A stretch of DNA of 64,000 nucleotides from an uncultured Chloroflexia bacterium (GCA_963704145.1 CAVPHB010000002.1:259878-323877), one strand, 5' to 3'. Shown: positions 51,046 to 61,023, counted from the stretch's first letter. Notes: a model not told the origin generated them from the letters alone. Program-made: numbers and translations.

Positions 51046-51301
51046 GAGCAATTGGCCCGGCGTTGTGCGGACACCGGCGGCTCGCGCGGATTGTGGAGAA
51101 AGAGTGGATAGCTGCGGGCCGAGCGTTCGAAACGGTGGACAACGTTGCTTGACGGCCGCGTCGGGCGGTCGCTACCGTTGGCGACCAGCCCGGAGGGGCC
51201 AGAAGCGAAGCTAGCGACTGCGATCACATCAAGGTCCACGCCTCGTGAAGGTTCCTCCGGGTTTTCGCTTGCCCCGGGCCGATTGAGCGAGGGACTGACC
51301 G

Positions 51302-52024
51302 ATGGCCATTGCCCCGCTGCTCGCTCTGCTCGGATTGGTCAGCCTGGCCGCGACCGCGCTGCTGCTGCGCTCGGTCGGACCACGCTACCGGCTTGGACGG
51401 TTGCTGGCCGGCACGCCCGAGGTCTCGATCGAGGAGGCGATCGAGCTGGCCGGCGCGGCCGGGCACGTATACGTGCGCGTGACCGGCCGGATCAGCAGCG
51501 AAGAGGAGTTCCCCGACGAGCACGACCGGCCGCTGGTCTTCCGCCGCACGCGCATCGAGCTGAGCGGACCGCGGGCGGTGGCGGACCGTGCTCGACGAGC
51601 GCGAGGCTGTGCCGTTCAGCGTCGAGGCGCGCTCTGCGCTCATAGCCATCGACGACGCGGCGCTGGCCGACGGGCTGGTGGCATCCCGCGCGAAGCGGCC
51701 GGGCGGGCGCAGGACCTGGGCGCTGACATGGCCCAGGCGCTGCCCCGCGAGTACGATCCGCAGGCCCCCGCCCGGCTGGTGATCGAGCAGCTCTCGGCCG
51801 TTGAACATGCCACCGTCTGTGGACGGCCGGTGCTGCACGACGGGCGGGCGACGCTAACCGAGGGCAGCGGCCGGCCGCTGATCGTGACCACGCTCGAGGC
51901 GCCGGCCGCCATGCGCCTGCTCGCCCGCGGGCATCGGACACGAGTGGTGGCGGCGGCGCTGCTGCTCTTCGCCGGCCTGGGCATGCTCGGGGCGGCCGCC
52001 GTGGCGCGCCTGCTGGGCGTCTGA
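51302..52024 (+). CDS. Two-TM membrane protein, possibly GIDE-like. The ORF is intact but an internal ~130-nt stretch is out of frame.
   Basis: 240-aa ORF with an N-terminal and a C-terminal TM helix. The alternative frame 51588..51782 gives a far more protein-like middle (LDEREAVPFSVEARSALIAIDDAALADGLV). Confidence 0.6.
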   Translation: MAIAPLLALLGLVSLAATALLLRSVGPRYRLGRLLAGTPEVSIEEAIELAGAAGHVYVRVTGRISSEEEFPDEHDRPLVFRRTRIELSGPRAVADRARRARGCAVQRRGALCAHSHRRRGAGRRAGGIPREAAGRAQDLGADMAQALPREYDPQAPARLVIEQLSAVEHATVCGRPVLHDGRATLTEGSGRPLIVTTLEAPAAMRLLARGHRTRVVAAALLLFAGLGMLGAAAVARLLGV

Positions 52025-52047
52025 TCGCCGCCACCAAACGCCGCACG

Positions 52048-52401
52048 ATGTATCGCGGGCCGCGATCACCGGCGACGTGGGCGCCGGCCGCTCGGCGGCG
52101 TGCTAGGCTCGGCGCGGTGTTCCGCGCGCGCCAATCCGGCACCACCCGATCAATCTCCCGTCGACTGGCGCTGGCCGCCGTCCTGGCCGCGATCTGTTTC
52201 GCCGCGCTGGCCGCCCCCGTCTGGGCCGTCGATCCGAGCCTCGTTCCGACGCCGGTGCTGATCGATCCGCTCGACCCACGCGCCGGCGCCGGCGCCAGCC
52301 TGGTCGGCTCGCCGCTCCTTGCCGCGCTGATCGCCATCGGCCTCGGCGTGCTGGCTGCCGGCGCGGCATTCACCTACGTCCGGCTGACCTCTCGGCGATG
52401 A
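52048..52401 (+). CDS. Small secreted/anchored protein with a signal peptide and a C-terminal TM helix.
   Basis: 117-aa ORF with RRLALAAVLAAICFAALAAPVWA and a C-terminal LLAALIAIGLGVLAAGAAF. Its stop overlaps the next start (ATGA). The true start is probably internal. Confidence 0.5.
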   Translation: MYRGPRSPATWAPAARRRARLGAVFRARQSGTTRSISRRLALAAVLAAICFAALAAPVWAVDPSLVPTPVLIDPLDPRAGAGASLVGSPLLAALIAIGLGVLAAGAAFTYVRLTSRR

Positions 52402-53378
52402 GCGCGCCGGCGGCGGGCGGCCCCGGTCGTCCGACCCGAGCCGCGACCCGGCGGCGGGCGATGGCGCGCCGAGTGGGCGGCGCCGTTCCCGCGACGGGCG
52501 GCTCGACCGTCGGGCGCCGGTTGGTGGCACTCGGGCTGCTCGGGGCGGCCCTCTTGATCGTCGTCGGCGGCGCCGGGATGCTCGTCGGGCGGGCACCGTC
52601 CGCGTCGGGCAGTCCGCCTGCGACAGGCAGTGCGTCCGCGCCGCCCAGCAGCCATCCCGGCGCGGGATCGGTCACACCGTCCGGCGTGGCCCCGACGGCA
52701 TCTGGCCGGCCATCACCCACCCACGCGCCACCCACAGGCACGCCGTCGCCCGAGCCGACGCCGGGCCCGGCGGAAACGCCTGGGCCGACGGCAAGTGCAG
52801 ATCCGCACGGCGCGCCCCAGGCGGCCGCCGACTTCAACCTGCAGAACCAGCCGATCGAGATGGTCTTTCCACTGCGGCCCGAGACGAGCTACCACTACCG
52901 CGACAACTTCGGCGGCGTCCGTGCGGGTCCGCCCGACGAGTACAACCACGCGCGGCTGCGGGCCGACGGCACGCTCGTGCGGCTGCACGACGGGGTCGAC
53001 ATCTACGCCCGCGCCGGCGAGCCGGTCGTCGCCCCGTTCAGCGGGCTGGTGCTCGACCCCGCACAGCGTTGGGCGCCATGGGAGCAGACGCGCTACGGCC
53101 GGACCGTGGTGGTGATCAGCGATGAGCCAGCCAGCCTCGGCTACGCCGCGTTGATGGTCCACCTGGAGCAAGTGTGGGTCGATTTCGGCCAGCATGTCAG
53201 CCGCGGCCAGGTACTCGGCGTGCTGGGTGAGACGGGCAACGCCGATGGCGTTGAGCCGCAGCTCCACTTCGAGTTGCGCGCGCCGTTCCTGCTCGACTGG
53301 ACCGAGCTCGGCGAGGAGCGCCTGGTCGACGCCTTCAACCCCTACCCATCGCTCGTGCGGGCCGACCCACACGGCTAG
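52398..53378 (+). CDS. M23-family metallopeptidase with an N-terminal TM helix and a PT-rich linker.
   Basis: Intact 326-aa ORF with the HDGVDI and QLHFELR zinc-ligand motifs. Confidence 0.9.
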   Translation: MSAPAAGGPGRPTRAATRRRAMARRVGGAVPATGGSTVGRRLVALGLLGAALLIVVGGAGMLVGRAPSASGSPPATGSASAPPSSHPGAGSVTPSGVAPTASGRPSPTHAPPTGTPSPEPTPGPAETPGPTASADPHGAPQAAADFNLQNQPIEMVFPLRPETSYHYRDNFGGVRAGPPDEYNHARLRADGTLVRLHDGVDIYARAGEPVVAPFSGLVLDPAQRWAPWEQTRYGRTVVVISDEPASLGYAALMVHLEQVWVDFGQHVSRGQVLGVLGETGNADGVEPQLHFELRAPFLLDWTELGEERLVDAFNPYPSLVRADPHG

Positions 53379-53570
53379 ATCGCCGCGTGCGGCTGTCGCA
53401 CGCCGGCCGCAGCGGGCATAAGGACCGGCACTCGTGGGACCTTTGCGTCAGGTGCTCAGCGGGGTGCACCTGTCTACGCTCACGCCGAGCTCTGATCGGG
53501 GGACCGATCTGACATTTCCTCCAGTGGGAGACAGGTCACGAACGCCACGACCACCGGCAGTTTCCTCACA

Positions 53571-56280
53571 GTGCGCGACGCCGCGCAGTTGCTCGGAGTC
53601 CACGCCAATACCGTCCGCTCGTGGACGGACCAGGGCCGGCTCGGCTGTCTGCGCATCAATCGGCGCGGCGATCGGCGCTACCCGCGGGCAGAGATCGAGC
53701 GCTTTCTGGCCGGCGCCGGCGAGCCGTCGCTGCGTCGTGACGCCGACATGCCGGACGGTGACTCCGTGGCGCGCCTGCTGGCGCGAACCGGCGAGCTGGC
53801 GGCAGAGGCCGTCGACTTGCCCACGGCGCTGCGCGAAATCGGTGTGCTTTTGTGCAGCACGGGCGGCTACCAGGCGGCGACCATCATCGATGAGGACGGC
53901 GCGGCGTTCCGGCTTGTCGGCCGGCTGATCGGCGACCGCCGGCTGTGGCAGCGGGTCCGCCACGCCGGAATCCCCCAGCTTGGCCGCCCGCGCGGCGCCG
54001 CCGGTCGCTATCGCGCGGCGCTTCCGATCCGGGCCGGGCAACGTCACCTCGCTGTGTTGATGCTCGAGGGCACGTGGGACACGCGCACGGGCGACGAGCC
54101 ACGCCTGTTGACCGCGATCGCCGACCAGCTCGAGATGTCGCTGCGCCTGGCCGAGCGAAGTGCCGCGGTGCTCGAGGCTGGCCGGCGTGCCCAGCTGCTG
54201 CTGTCGATCGGCGCGGAGATGGGGGCGCAACTGGACCCACGACAGGTGCTCAGCCAGCTCATCGACCGCGCGGCCGAGCTGTTCCACGCCGATCACGCCG
54301 CGGTCTTCCGGCACACGTCCGACGGCCTCCTGCACGCGGAGGTCACGCGCAATCTCTCGCCCGAGTACTGCCAGGTAGTAGAGCACGCGCCGTCACATCC
54401 AATGGCCGCGCGCGCATTCGACGAGGGGCGCGTCATCAGCGCCACGAACCACGCCGATGATCCGCGCGCCATCAGCCTGCGCCCGGCCTTGCTGCGCGAG
54501 GGGATCAATACCGTGACCGTTGCGCCGCTGCTGGCCGATGGTCTGCGACTGGGCGTGCTGGACCTGTATCACGACACGCCCTACCACTGGAGCGCAACCG
54601 ATCTGGATCTCCTGGAGCGCCTCGCCCGGCAGGCGGCGACCGTGCTCCGTGGCGCGCAGAACTACGTCCAGATGGCAAGCTGGGCGGCTCAACTGCAGTC
54701 GATCCAGCAGCTCGGCGCGCGGCTCACCCGGCTGCGAACGATCACCGAGATCGGCCAGGCCATCTGTACCGAACTCACCCAGCTGATCGACAGCCACAAC
54801 GTGCGCGTCTATCGGATCGAGGGCGACGAGTGCCTGCCGATCGCCTGGCGCGGCGAGGTGGGCGAGTACGAGGCGGAGCACGGCGAGCAACTGCAAGCTC
54901 GAAGGTAGGCGAGGGCATCACCGGCTGGGTGGCGCGCCACGGCCTGGCACAGAACGTGGGCGATGCGGCCCACGACCGGCGCGCCAAGACGATCCCCGGC
55001 ACAGAAGACGACCTCGACGAGTCGCTGCTGCTGGCGCCGATGCTGTACGAGGACGAGACGATCGGCGTGATCGTGCTGGCCAAGCTGGGGCTCGAGCAGT
55101 TCGGCGCCGACGATCTGCGCCTGCTCGAGATCTACGCCTCGATCGCCGCCCAGGCGATGGCCAACGCGGACGCCACTGAACGCCTGCACGACCAGTCCGA
55201 GACGCTGGCCCGCCAGGTGCACAGCCAGCGCGAGCTGTTGCGGGTGACCGAATCAATCCTGAGCACGCTGGACACGCAGGCGCTGCTCGAAGAGATCGCC
55301 GTCAAGCCTCGAGTCGCTGGTCGAGGTCGATAACATCTGCGTCAGCCTGCACGACCAGGCCGCGCGAATGGTGCGCCCTATCTTCGCCCGCGGCGTGCAC
55401 GCCGCCAATTACCTGGCCCAGTCGCTGCCCGACGATCAGGGCGAGGCCAGCCATGTCATCCGGACCGGCGAGCCGCTGCTCATCCTCGACGAGCTGCGCG
55501 ATCCGCGCGTGGCGCACTTCGACGCCACCGGCCCACTGGCCGGGGCCCTGATCGTGGCGCCATTGCGTGCCGGGGAGGTAATCCAGGGCGTGCTGACTAT
55601 CGAACGGCTGGGCGAGCAGGCACGCTTCAGCCAGGGCGAGTTCGAGCTCGTCAAGCTGTTCGCCGCGCACGTCTCGATCGCGCTGCGCAACGCCGCCACG
55701 CACCGCGCGGTCGAGTTGCGAGCCGAGACCGACCGGCTGACCGGACTGTGGAATCACGGCGCCCTGATCGAGCGCATCGACCAATTGACTGCGGAGCGCA
55801 GCCGGTTCGCGATGCTGATGGTCGATCTCGACTTCTTCAAGCGCCACAACGACCGCTTCGGTCACCTGGCGGGCAACGTGATGCTTCAGCGGGTGGCCGG
55901 GCTGCTCCGCGGCTGCAGGACGCGATTCGGACCACGCGTTCCGTTTCGGGGGCGATGAGTTCGCGCTGCTGCTGCCCAACACCGGCCTGGCCGGCGCGCG
56001 CATCGTGGCCGAGCGAGTCCGCGTCGCAGTCGCCCAGGTCAACGACGACCGAACCGCGAACACGCCGCTGTCCTGCTCGATCGGCATTGCCGTGTACCCC
56101 AAGGACGGCCGCGACGGGGCGAGCATCATCCTCGCCGCGGACCGGGCGTGCTACGCCGCCAAGCGTGCCGGACGCGATCGCATCGCCAGTGCTGCCGAGG
56201 GTCTGACGCTGGCCGCAGAGTTTAGACCAACGGAGCCCACGCCGCTCGAATCGAGCCCGGCGACCTATCCCGTGGCCTGA
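53571..56280 (+). CDS. Excisionase/MerR-type HTH + multiple GAF domains + GGDEF diguanylate cyclase. Three frame switches.
   Basis: HTH: VRDAAQLLGVHANTVRSWTDQGRL. GAF-like blocks: VGEGITGWVARHG and others. GGDEF core: TGLWNHGAL...FAMLMVDLDFFKRHND..GHLAGN...FRFGGDEFALLLP. The switches are at about 54890, 55306 and 55910. Confidence 0.85.
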
Positions 56281-57174
56281 CTCCCGCGGTCGCGTGCGAC
56301 GCGGACCAGCGTGCCCTCGTCAAGTGCCAGCGACTCGGCCGCGTTGCCCCGGTTCTGAGCGATGCACAGTCGGCCGTATGAGTCCTCGTAGAGCAGAAAG
56401 CCAGCCGTGTCGACCTGGCCAAAGGTCGGCGCCCAGGGCATCGGCACGCGCCGCGCGCGGGTGCCCCGGCCCAGTCGCACGATGAGCGGCTCCCCGTAGG
56501 CGAGCTCGGCCAGCGTCCGGCGCAGGTCGTCTGCCAGCGCGCCAAGCTTGAGGTTGCCGAAGGTGTCGCGGTAGATGACGGCGGTCTCGAGCTCGCCGTC
56601 ACGCACGACGACGGGCGGCCAGTCGACGTCCATCAGCTCGACCCGGGTCGATCGGCGGCCCGATTGACCCGAGCGGCAGGCCCAGGGCGAGGTGCGCCGC
56701 CGCCGGCGCGAACAGGTCGCGCCCGTGGAAGGTCGGGCTGAGCAGCGGCAGACGATACTGCACGTTCTCGACCAGGTGGGCGCGCACGATACCGCCCAGC
56801 CGTTGGGCGCCGGGCAGCAGCAGGCCGTTGTCAGGCCCGACCAGGTAGTCGCCGCGCGCAGTTTCGAGCACCACCGGCCGGCGCGCGGTGCCGACTCCCG
56901 GATCGATCACGGCCATGTGCGCGCCGATGGGCAGGAAGGGCAGGGCGCACCACAGCATCAGGGCGCCGTGGTGGATGTTGTACTTCTCGACATCGTGGGT
57001 GATGTCGACGACCAGCGCGTCGGGCGCGATGCCCAGCACGACCCCGCGACAGATGGCCGCCGATGGGTCGCGCGCGCCCCAGTCTGACAGCAGGCTGACG
57101 AACGGCCGGCTACCCTCGCGCGCAGAGCGCGCCGCGGCAGGGGTGGTGATGACCCGAGTCAGCCGGCGAGCCAT
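56265..57174 (-). CDS. SAM hydroxide adenosyltransferase / chlorinase-fluorinase family (DUF62). One frame switch.
   Basis: It has VSLLSDWGARDPSAAICRGV, MAVIDPGVGT, GPDNGLL and SPTFHGRDLFAPAAAHL, with the C-terminal domain in 56265..56633. The switch is at about 56645, in a G run. Confidence 0.8.
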
Positions 57175-57260
57175 GATCGCCTGATGGTAGGCGCAATGTC
57201 CTGAGCGACGGGCCTGCTTCGGCCCACCCCGGCAGCTCGGCGAGGCGCTACCGTGAGCTC

Positions 57261-58259
57261 GTGACAAACGCCGCGCACGACCGGGGTGGCGCGAAGTGGG
57301 ATCGCGCCGCGCGCTACCTCAAGATCGCGATGCTGCTGCGCGACCACCCCGACGGCATGTCGGCCCAGGGGCTGGCCGATCGCATCGGCGTTTCCAAGCG
57401 CACGATCTACCGCGACGTGCAGTCGATGGACGTCGACGCCGACCTGCCGATCTGGCAGGAGGGCGGCCGGTTCGGTCTCGAGCGCGAGGCTTTCCTGCCG
57501 CCGCTGGCGTTGACACTGCACGAGGCCACCACGCTCTTCCTCGCCGCGCGCATGCTGGCCAAGGCCAGCGACGAGCACGACACCGAGCTGATCGGCGCCT
57601 TCGTCAAGCTCGCCCAGATCCTGCCGCCGGTGCTCGCCGAGCACATCGAGGCGACCGTCGACGCCTACGTCGCGACGCCCAAGAACGAGCGCTTCACGCG
57701 TGTCTTCCGCGTGCTGGCCGAGGCGTGGGCGCAGCGGCGCATCGTCGAGATCGAATACGACGCGGCCGTCTACGACCCGACCCGCACGCCGCGCAGGACG
57801 CGTGTCCAGCCGCTGGCCATCGAGCCGTCGGCGCTGACCCACGCGCTGTACCTGATCGGCTATGACGAGTCGCGCGGCGCGCGGCGCACCTTCAAGGTCG
57901 AGCGCATCATCCGGGCGACGCTGACCCCGGAGACGTTCGAGCCACCTGCCGGCAGCGCGCCGGCGAGCGAGCTGCTGCGTGCCTGGGACGTCATCGCCGA
58001 CGAAGAGCCGGTGCGCGTCGTGATCCGCTTCTCGGTCGCCGTCGCCCGCCGGGCGGCCGAGACGCGCTGGCATCCGAGCCAGGAGCTCGAGCCGCAGGCG
58101 GACGGCAGCCTGATCTGGCGCGGGCTTGTATCGGGCATGCGCGAGATCCGCATCTGGATCCTGGGCTGGGGAGCCGAGGCCGAGGTGCTCGAGCCGGCCG
58201 AGCTGCGCGACGATGTCGCTGCCGAGCTGCGCCGCGCGGCGGCGCTCTACGAGGCCTGA
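57261..58259 (+). CDS. WYL-domain transcriptional regulator (YafY/PafBC/BrxR-like).
   Basis: Intact 332-aa ORF with an HTH (MSAQGLADRIGVSKRTIYRDVQSM), a WYL core (ALYLIGYDESRGARRTFKVERI) and a C-terminal WCX-like region. Confidence 0.9.
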   Translation: MTNAAHDRGGAKWDRAARYLKIAMLLRDHPDGMSAQGLADRIGVSKRTIYRDVQSMDVDADLPIWQEGGRFGLEREAFLPPLALTLHEATTLFLAARMLAKASDEHDTELIGAFVKLAQILPPVLAEHIEATVDAYVATPKNERFTRVFRVLAEAWAQRRIVEIEYDAAVYDPTRTPRRTRVQPLAIEPSALTHALYLIGYDESRGARRTFKVERIIRATLTPETFEPPAGSAPASELLRAWDVIADEEPVRVVIRFSVAVARRAAETRWHPSQELEPQADGSLIWRGLVSGMREIRIWILGWGAEAEVLEPAELRDDVAAELRRAAALYEA

Positions 58260-58276
58260 GCACTGCCGCCGCCGTG

Positions 58277-58451
58277 GACACTCCCAGTGTCACGAATCGG
58301 CCTTGCTGCCTCGGCAGGAGGTAATCCGCGGCTCCCTGGCACCCGTGCCGTGATCGGTTGGGCGTGGATTCCGGCCGAATCGGCACTCAACGGCACGGTG
58401 GAGGTTCTGGCAGTCGCAGATAGTTGCCTTGATGACACTCCCAGTGTCACG
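58277..58451. repeat. Twin 18-nt palindromic motifs bounding a ~140-bp structured non-coding segment.
   Basis: gacactcccagtgtcacg occurs at 58277-58294 and again at 58434-58451. Each copy contains GACACT ccc AGTGTC. Between them lie further inverted repeats (ctgcc tc ggcag; gtgccg...cggcac). Confidence 0.6.
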
Positions 58452-58541
58452 CCACTTCGCAGAGCGGGCGGGCGGTACGCCTAGCAGGCGTTCAGCCAGC
58501 GGATGCGTACGGACGCACTCGTATCACCGTTCAGCCCGCTT

Positions 58542-59505
58542 TCATTGTTGGAAGCGTGCTCGCCAGTCATAGTCCGTGTTAGCCAGAGACGAAACGGTCC
58601 GGCTCCAGTTGCCAGCGCTGTTGGTGGTCACGGTAGTGTAAGTATTGAAGTTGCTTTGACCATGCGGCGCCCGCTCGATGACTACCGTTCTCGATCCCAG
58701 GTCGTTACTTCCGAGCATTCCGTATCCGCTCAGGTCTTGGACACTGAGGTTTCCCGAAAGTGTGGCCGATTCGCCTAGACAGAGGATCGTAGCGGTAGTC
58801 GCGAATATTGCCGTTGTCTTCAGGCCGTTCGCGCCAGCGTTAGGCAGGCCATCCAAGCAGCTAGCGTATGTAATCGATGTGCTCGTCAGGTCGTACAGCA
58901 GTTGGAGCCGTGCCTGATCGCAACTCTTGTAGACGTGGATCTGCCAACCGTCTCCGTTCTTGGAGTGGACCACTTGGTACATAATTGTCATGGCCGTGTT
59001 ATCGACGGGATTGTGGCCAAGTCCGGCAACGTGGCCCACCTCATGGAGCGCGACACGTTCAACGTCCCAGCACGTTCCGTTGTTCACATTGTCACACCAT
59101 CGAACCGTGAAGTCATCGAACACCCTCCCATGTTCGATGAACCTGATTTCCCATGTGTCGTGATTGACGTTCTTGTCAGCGCATGCCAAAGCGGGGCCGC
59201 CACACCCCCCATTGACGTAGTAGATGGTCCCCTCGCCTGAGGAACTGTACGAAAGTTGGGGAGCGCGAGAAGCGCGCGTTGCATTGGAGTCCGCAAGTGC
59301 GTCCAGAATTGGATCCTGCATCCATCCGCTAGGCGGCGGGTTCGTTGGTCGACCAGCGCGCATGAAGGGTGACGCTCGGATCCCAGTATCCGGTGCCGCT
59401 CGTTGGATCCGGCCCTATAGCCGCTGCCTCGCTTGGCGATGCCGTGAAGAGCACGAAGATGAACAGCCAGATACTCGTCAGCTTGCTTACCCTCACGACA
59501 CTCAT
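58542..59505 (-). CDS. Secreted metzincin-type zinc metalloprotease with a C-terminal beta-rich domain. One frame switch.
   Basis: Zinc site HEVGHVAGLGH, followed by a Met-containing turn (AMTIMY). The signal peptide MSVVRVSKLTSIWLFIFVLFTASPSEA starts from ATG 59505. The switch is at about 59340. G+C is markedly lower than in the flanks. Confidence 0.8.
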
Positions 59506-59507
59506 GG

Positions 59508-59553
59508 CCCTCACAACCCTCACAACCCTCACCAACCCTCACCATCCTCACCC
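59508..59553 (-). repeat. Imperfect 9-10-nt tandem repeat (about 4.5 units) abutting the metalloprotease start codon.
   Basis: The plus strand reads ccctcacaa ccctcacaa ccctcaccaa ccctcaccat cctcaccc. On the coding strand this is (TTGTGAGGG)n, ending 2 nt before the ATG. Confidence 0.8.
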
Positions 59554-59598
59554 ACCCCAGTTACCTCACGAGCCTCACGACTCCCGTACCCCCGATCA

Positions 59599-60888
59599 TC
59601 ACCGGGTCAGGTCAAAGGCAGGGACATCAATCATCTCGCCATCGGAAATGCGGACCAAAACCCGACCATTGACTCCGCCTTCGTCCTGAGATGACCGAGG
59701 TATTGGCCGGCCGCCCGGAAACACCGCTATCCAACCAGGTGGTGCGGCCACATTGTCGGTGGTCATTGGCAGGACCATCGAAGTTGGCGCGTCGTACCAT
59801 GGCGCACCCCCGACAAATATGGTCCGGTCGTCGCCCTCGCCAGTTGACGCATTTATAGCGTACCGATCATCCCCTTCGTGACCATCAAACAACAGCACCG
59901 GTGTTCCATCCTGTGCAGCTACAATCGCCGCCGACCGTCCCTCACTAGAAACGAACGTTTGGGCAGACCAGTCCTCGATGTCCAGCGCTAGCAGAGGGAA
60001 TTCAAGTACCTGCCCATATGCGCCCTGCTCGTAGACAATCAGCCGATTGTCCAAGAAGCCGATCGGGGGCCCGAAACTTGTATCGAGCAACTGCCCAACC
60101 GGTTCAAGATTGGCGTTGAAGAGACGATAGCTGTAACCGTCCGATCGCTCGCTCCAATTGGAGAACACCATAATGCTGCCGTCGATGGAGAAAACTAGAT
60201 TGGGCCCTGGCCCATCCCATCCATCAAGGACCTTTTCCGATTCCAGTCCCGAGGTTGGTTGACGCCAGACTCCTGATACGGACCCGTCGTCATCCAGAGT
60301 CGTCCACAGCAGGCTCGCGCCGTCAGGTGTGATCGCACCGGAGGCGAGGCGCTGGTGGGATCGCACCATTTCACGGGTACTCCCGTCCACCGTGTCGATG
60401 AGACTCAGCACACTTTCGTCGGCGTCGAGCCAGAGAGAGAGATACTCGCCGTTTACTGGACCAGCGCGGTTGCCCGGCGCGGTGACCGGCTGCCCAGAGT
60501 CGATGGCTTCGAACGCGCGCCCATCGAGCCTACCGGTGTACAGGCTCCAAAAGTCGCTGCCTTCGTTGGGCAGCCACTGAAGCCACGGGGAAGATGCGAG
60601 GTCGACTAAGCCCGCTGATTCGGTTGGAAACGGGGTCGGTGAGTCCTGAGCATCTCCGGACGGCGTTGGCGCTGGGCTGATGGTCGGCGGGTCCGGGCTG
60701 CCAGGCGGACTGGTCGGCTGCGGAGTCTGGCCTATGGACGAGGATGGGGAGGGACTGGCGCCGATTGGTAGCCAAGCGCATGACGTCAAGCTTGCCGCGG
60801 CGAGCGCAAGTAACGCTAGCCGGCGCACCAATAGCCTTCCAGACGACCGATGGCGGAATCGATACCCGTGAATACATGACCCGATCAT
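59599..60888 (-). CDS. Lipoprotein with a probable beta-propeller (TolB-like) domain.
   Basis: The ATG at 60888 is one start option, and GTG 60828 is another. Lipobox: RRLALLALAAASLTSC. A PS-rich linker is followed by repeated D-G/W-rich strands. Codon usage is low-GC. The upstream 218 aa of the 647-aa track ORF are rejected. Confidence 0.75.
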   Translation of the reverse strand: MIGSCIHGYRFRHRSSGRLLVRRLALLALAAASLTSCAWLPIGASPSPSSSIGQTPQPTSPPGSPDPPTISPAPTPSGDAQDSPTPFPTESAGLVDLASSPWLQWLPNEGSDFWSLYTGRLDGRAFEAIDSGQPVTAPGNRAGPVNGEYLSLWLDADESVLSLIDTVDGSTREMVRSHQRLASGAITPDGASLLWTTLDDDGSVSGVWRQPTSGLESEKVLDGWDGPGPNLVFSIDGSIMVFSNWSERSDGYSYRLFNANLEPVGQLLDTSFGPPIGFLDNRLIVYEQGAYGQVLEFPLLALDIEDWSAQTFVSSEGRSAAIVAAQDGTPVLLFDGHEGDDRYAINASTGEGDDRTIFVGGAPWYDAPTSMVLPMTTDNVAAPPGWIAVFPGGRPIPRSSQDEGGVNGRVLVRISDGEMIDVPAFDLTR

Positions 60889-61023
60889 TAGCCACACACC
60901 ATCTGACCTGGTATCACGCCGATGCTGGGCGCCCCACAGGACGTCATGTTGGCATGGTTTGGACGTGCATCGATGAAGTTGCGTGACGCGCCGAATGAAT
61001 TGGCCCGGAGCAAGCTGCCGCAT

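Noticed and set aside
37000-51700. Genuine mass pseudogenisation of respiratory and thiamine genes
   Set aside because: Between the switches, conserved motifs are intact and I saw no stop codons in the reconstructed frames. Where I examined them in detail, the lesions look like single-base indels. The block edges also cut through genes. A technical origin is favoured, but this is not proven without reads.
58277-58451. Twin palindromes as operators of the WYL regulator
   Set aside because: They lie downstream of both convergent genes, not in a promoter. The WYL promoter region is 57175-57260.
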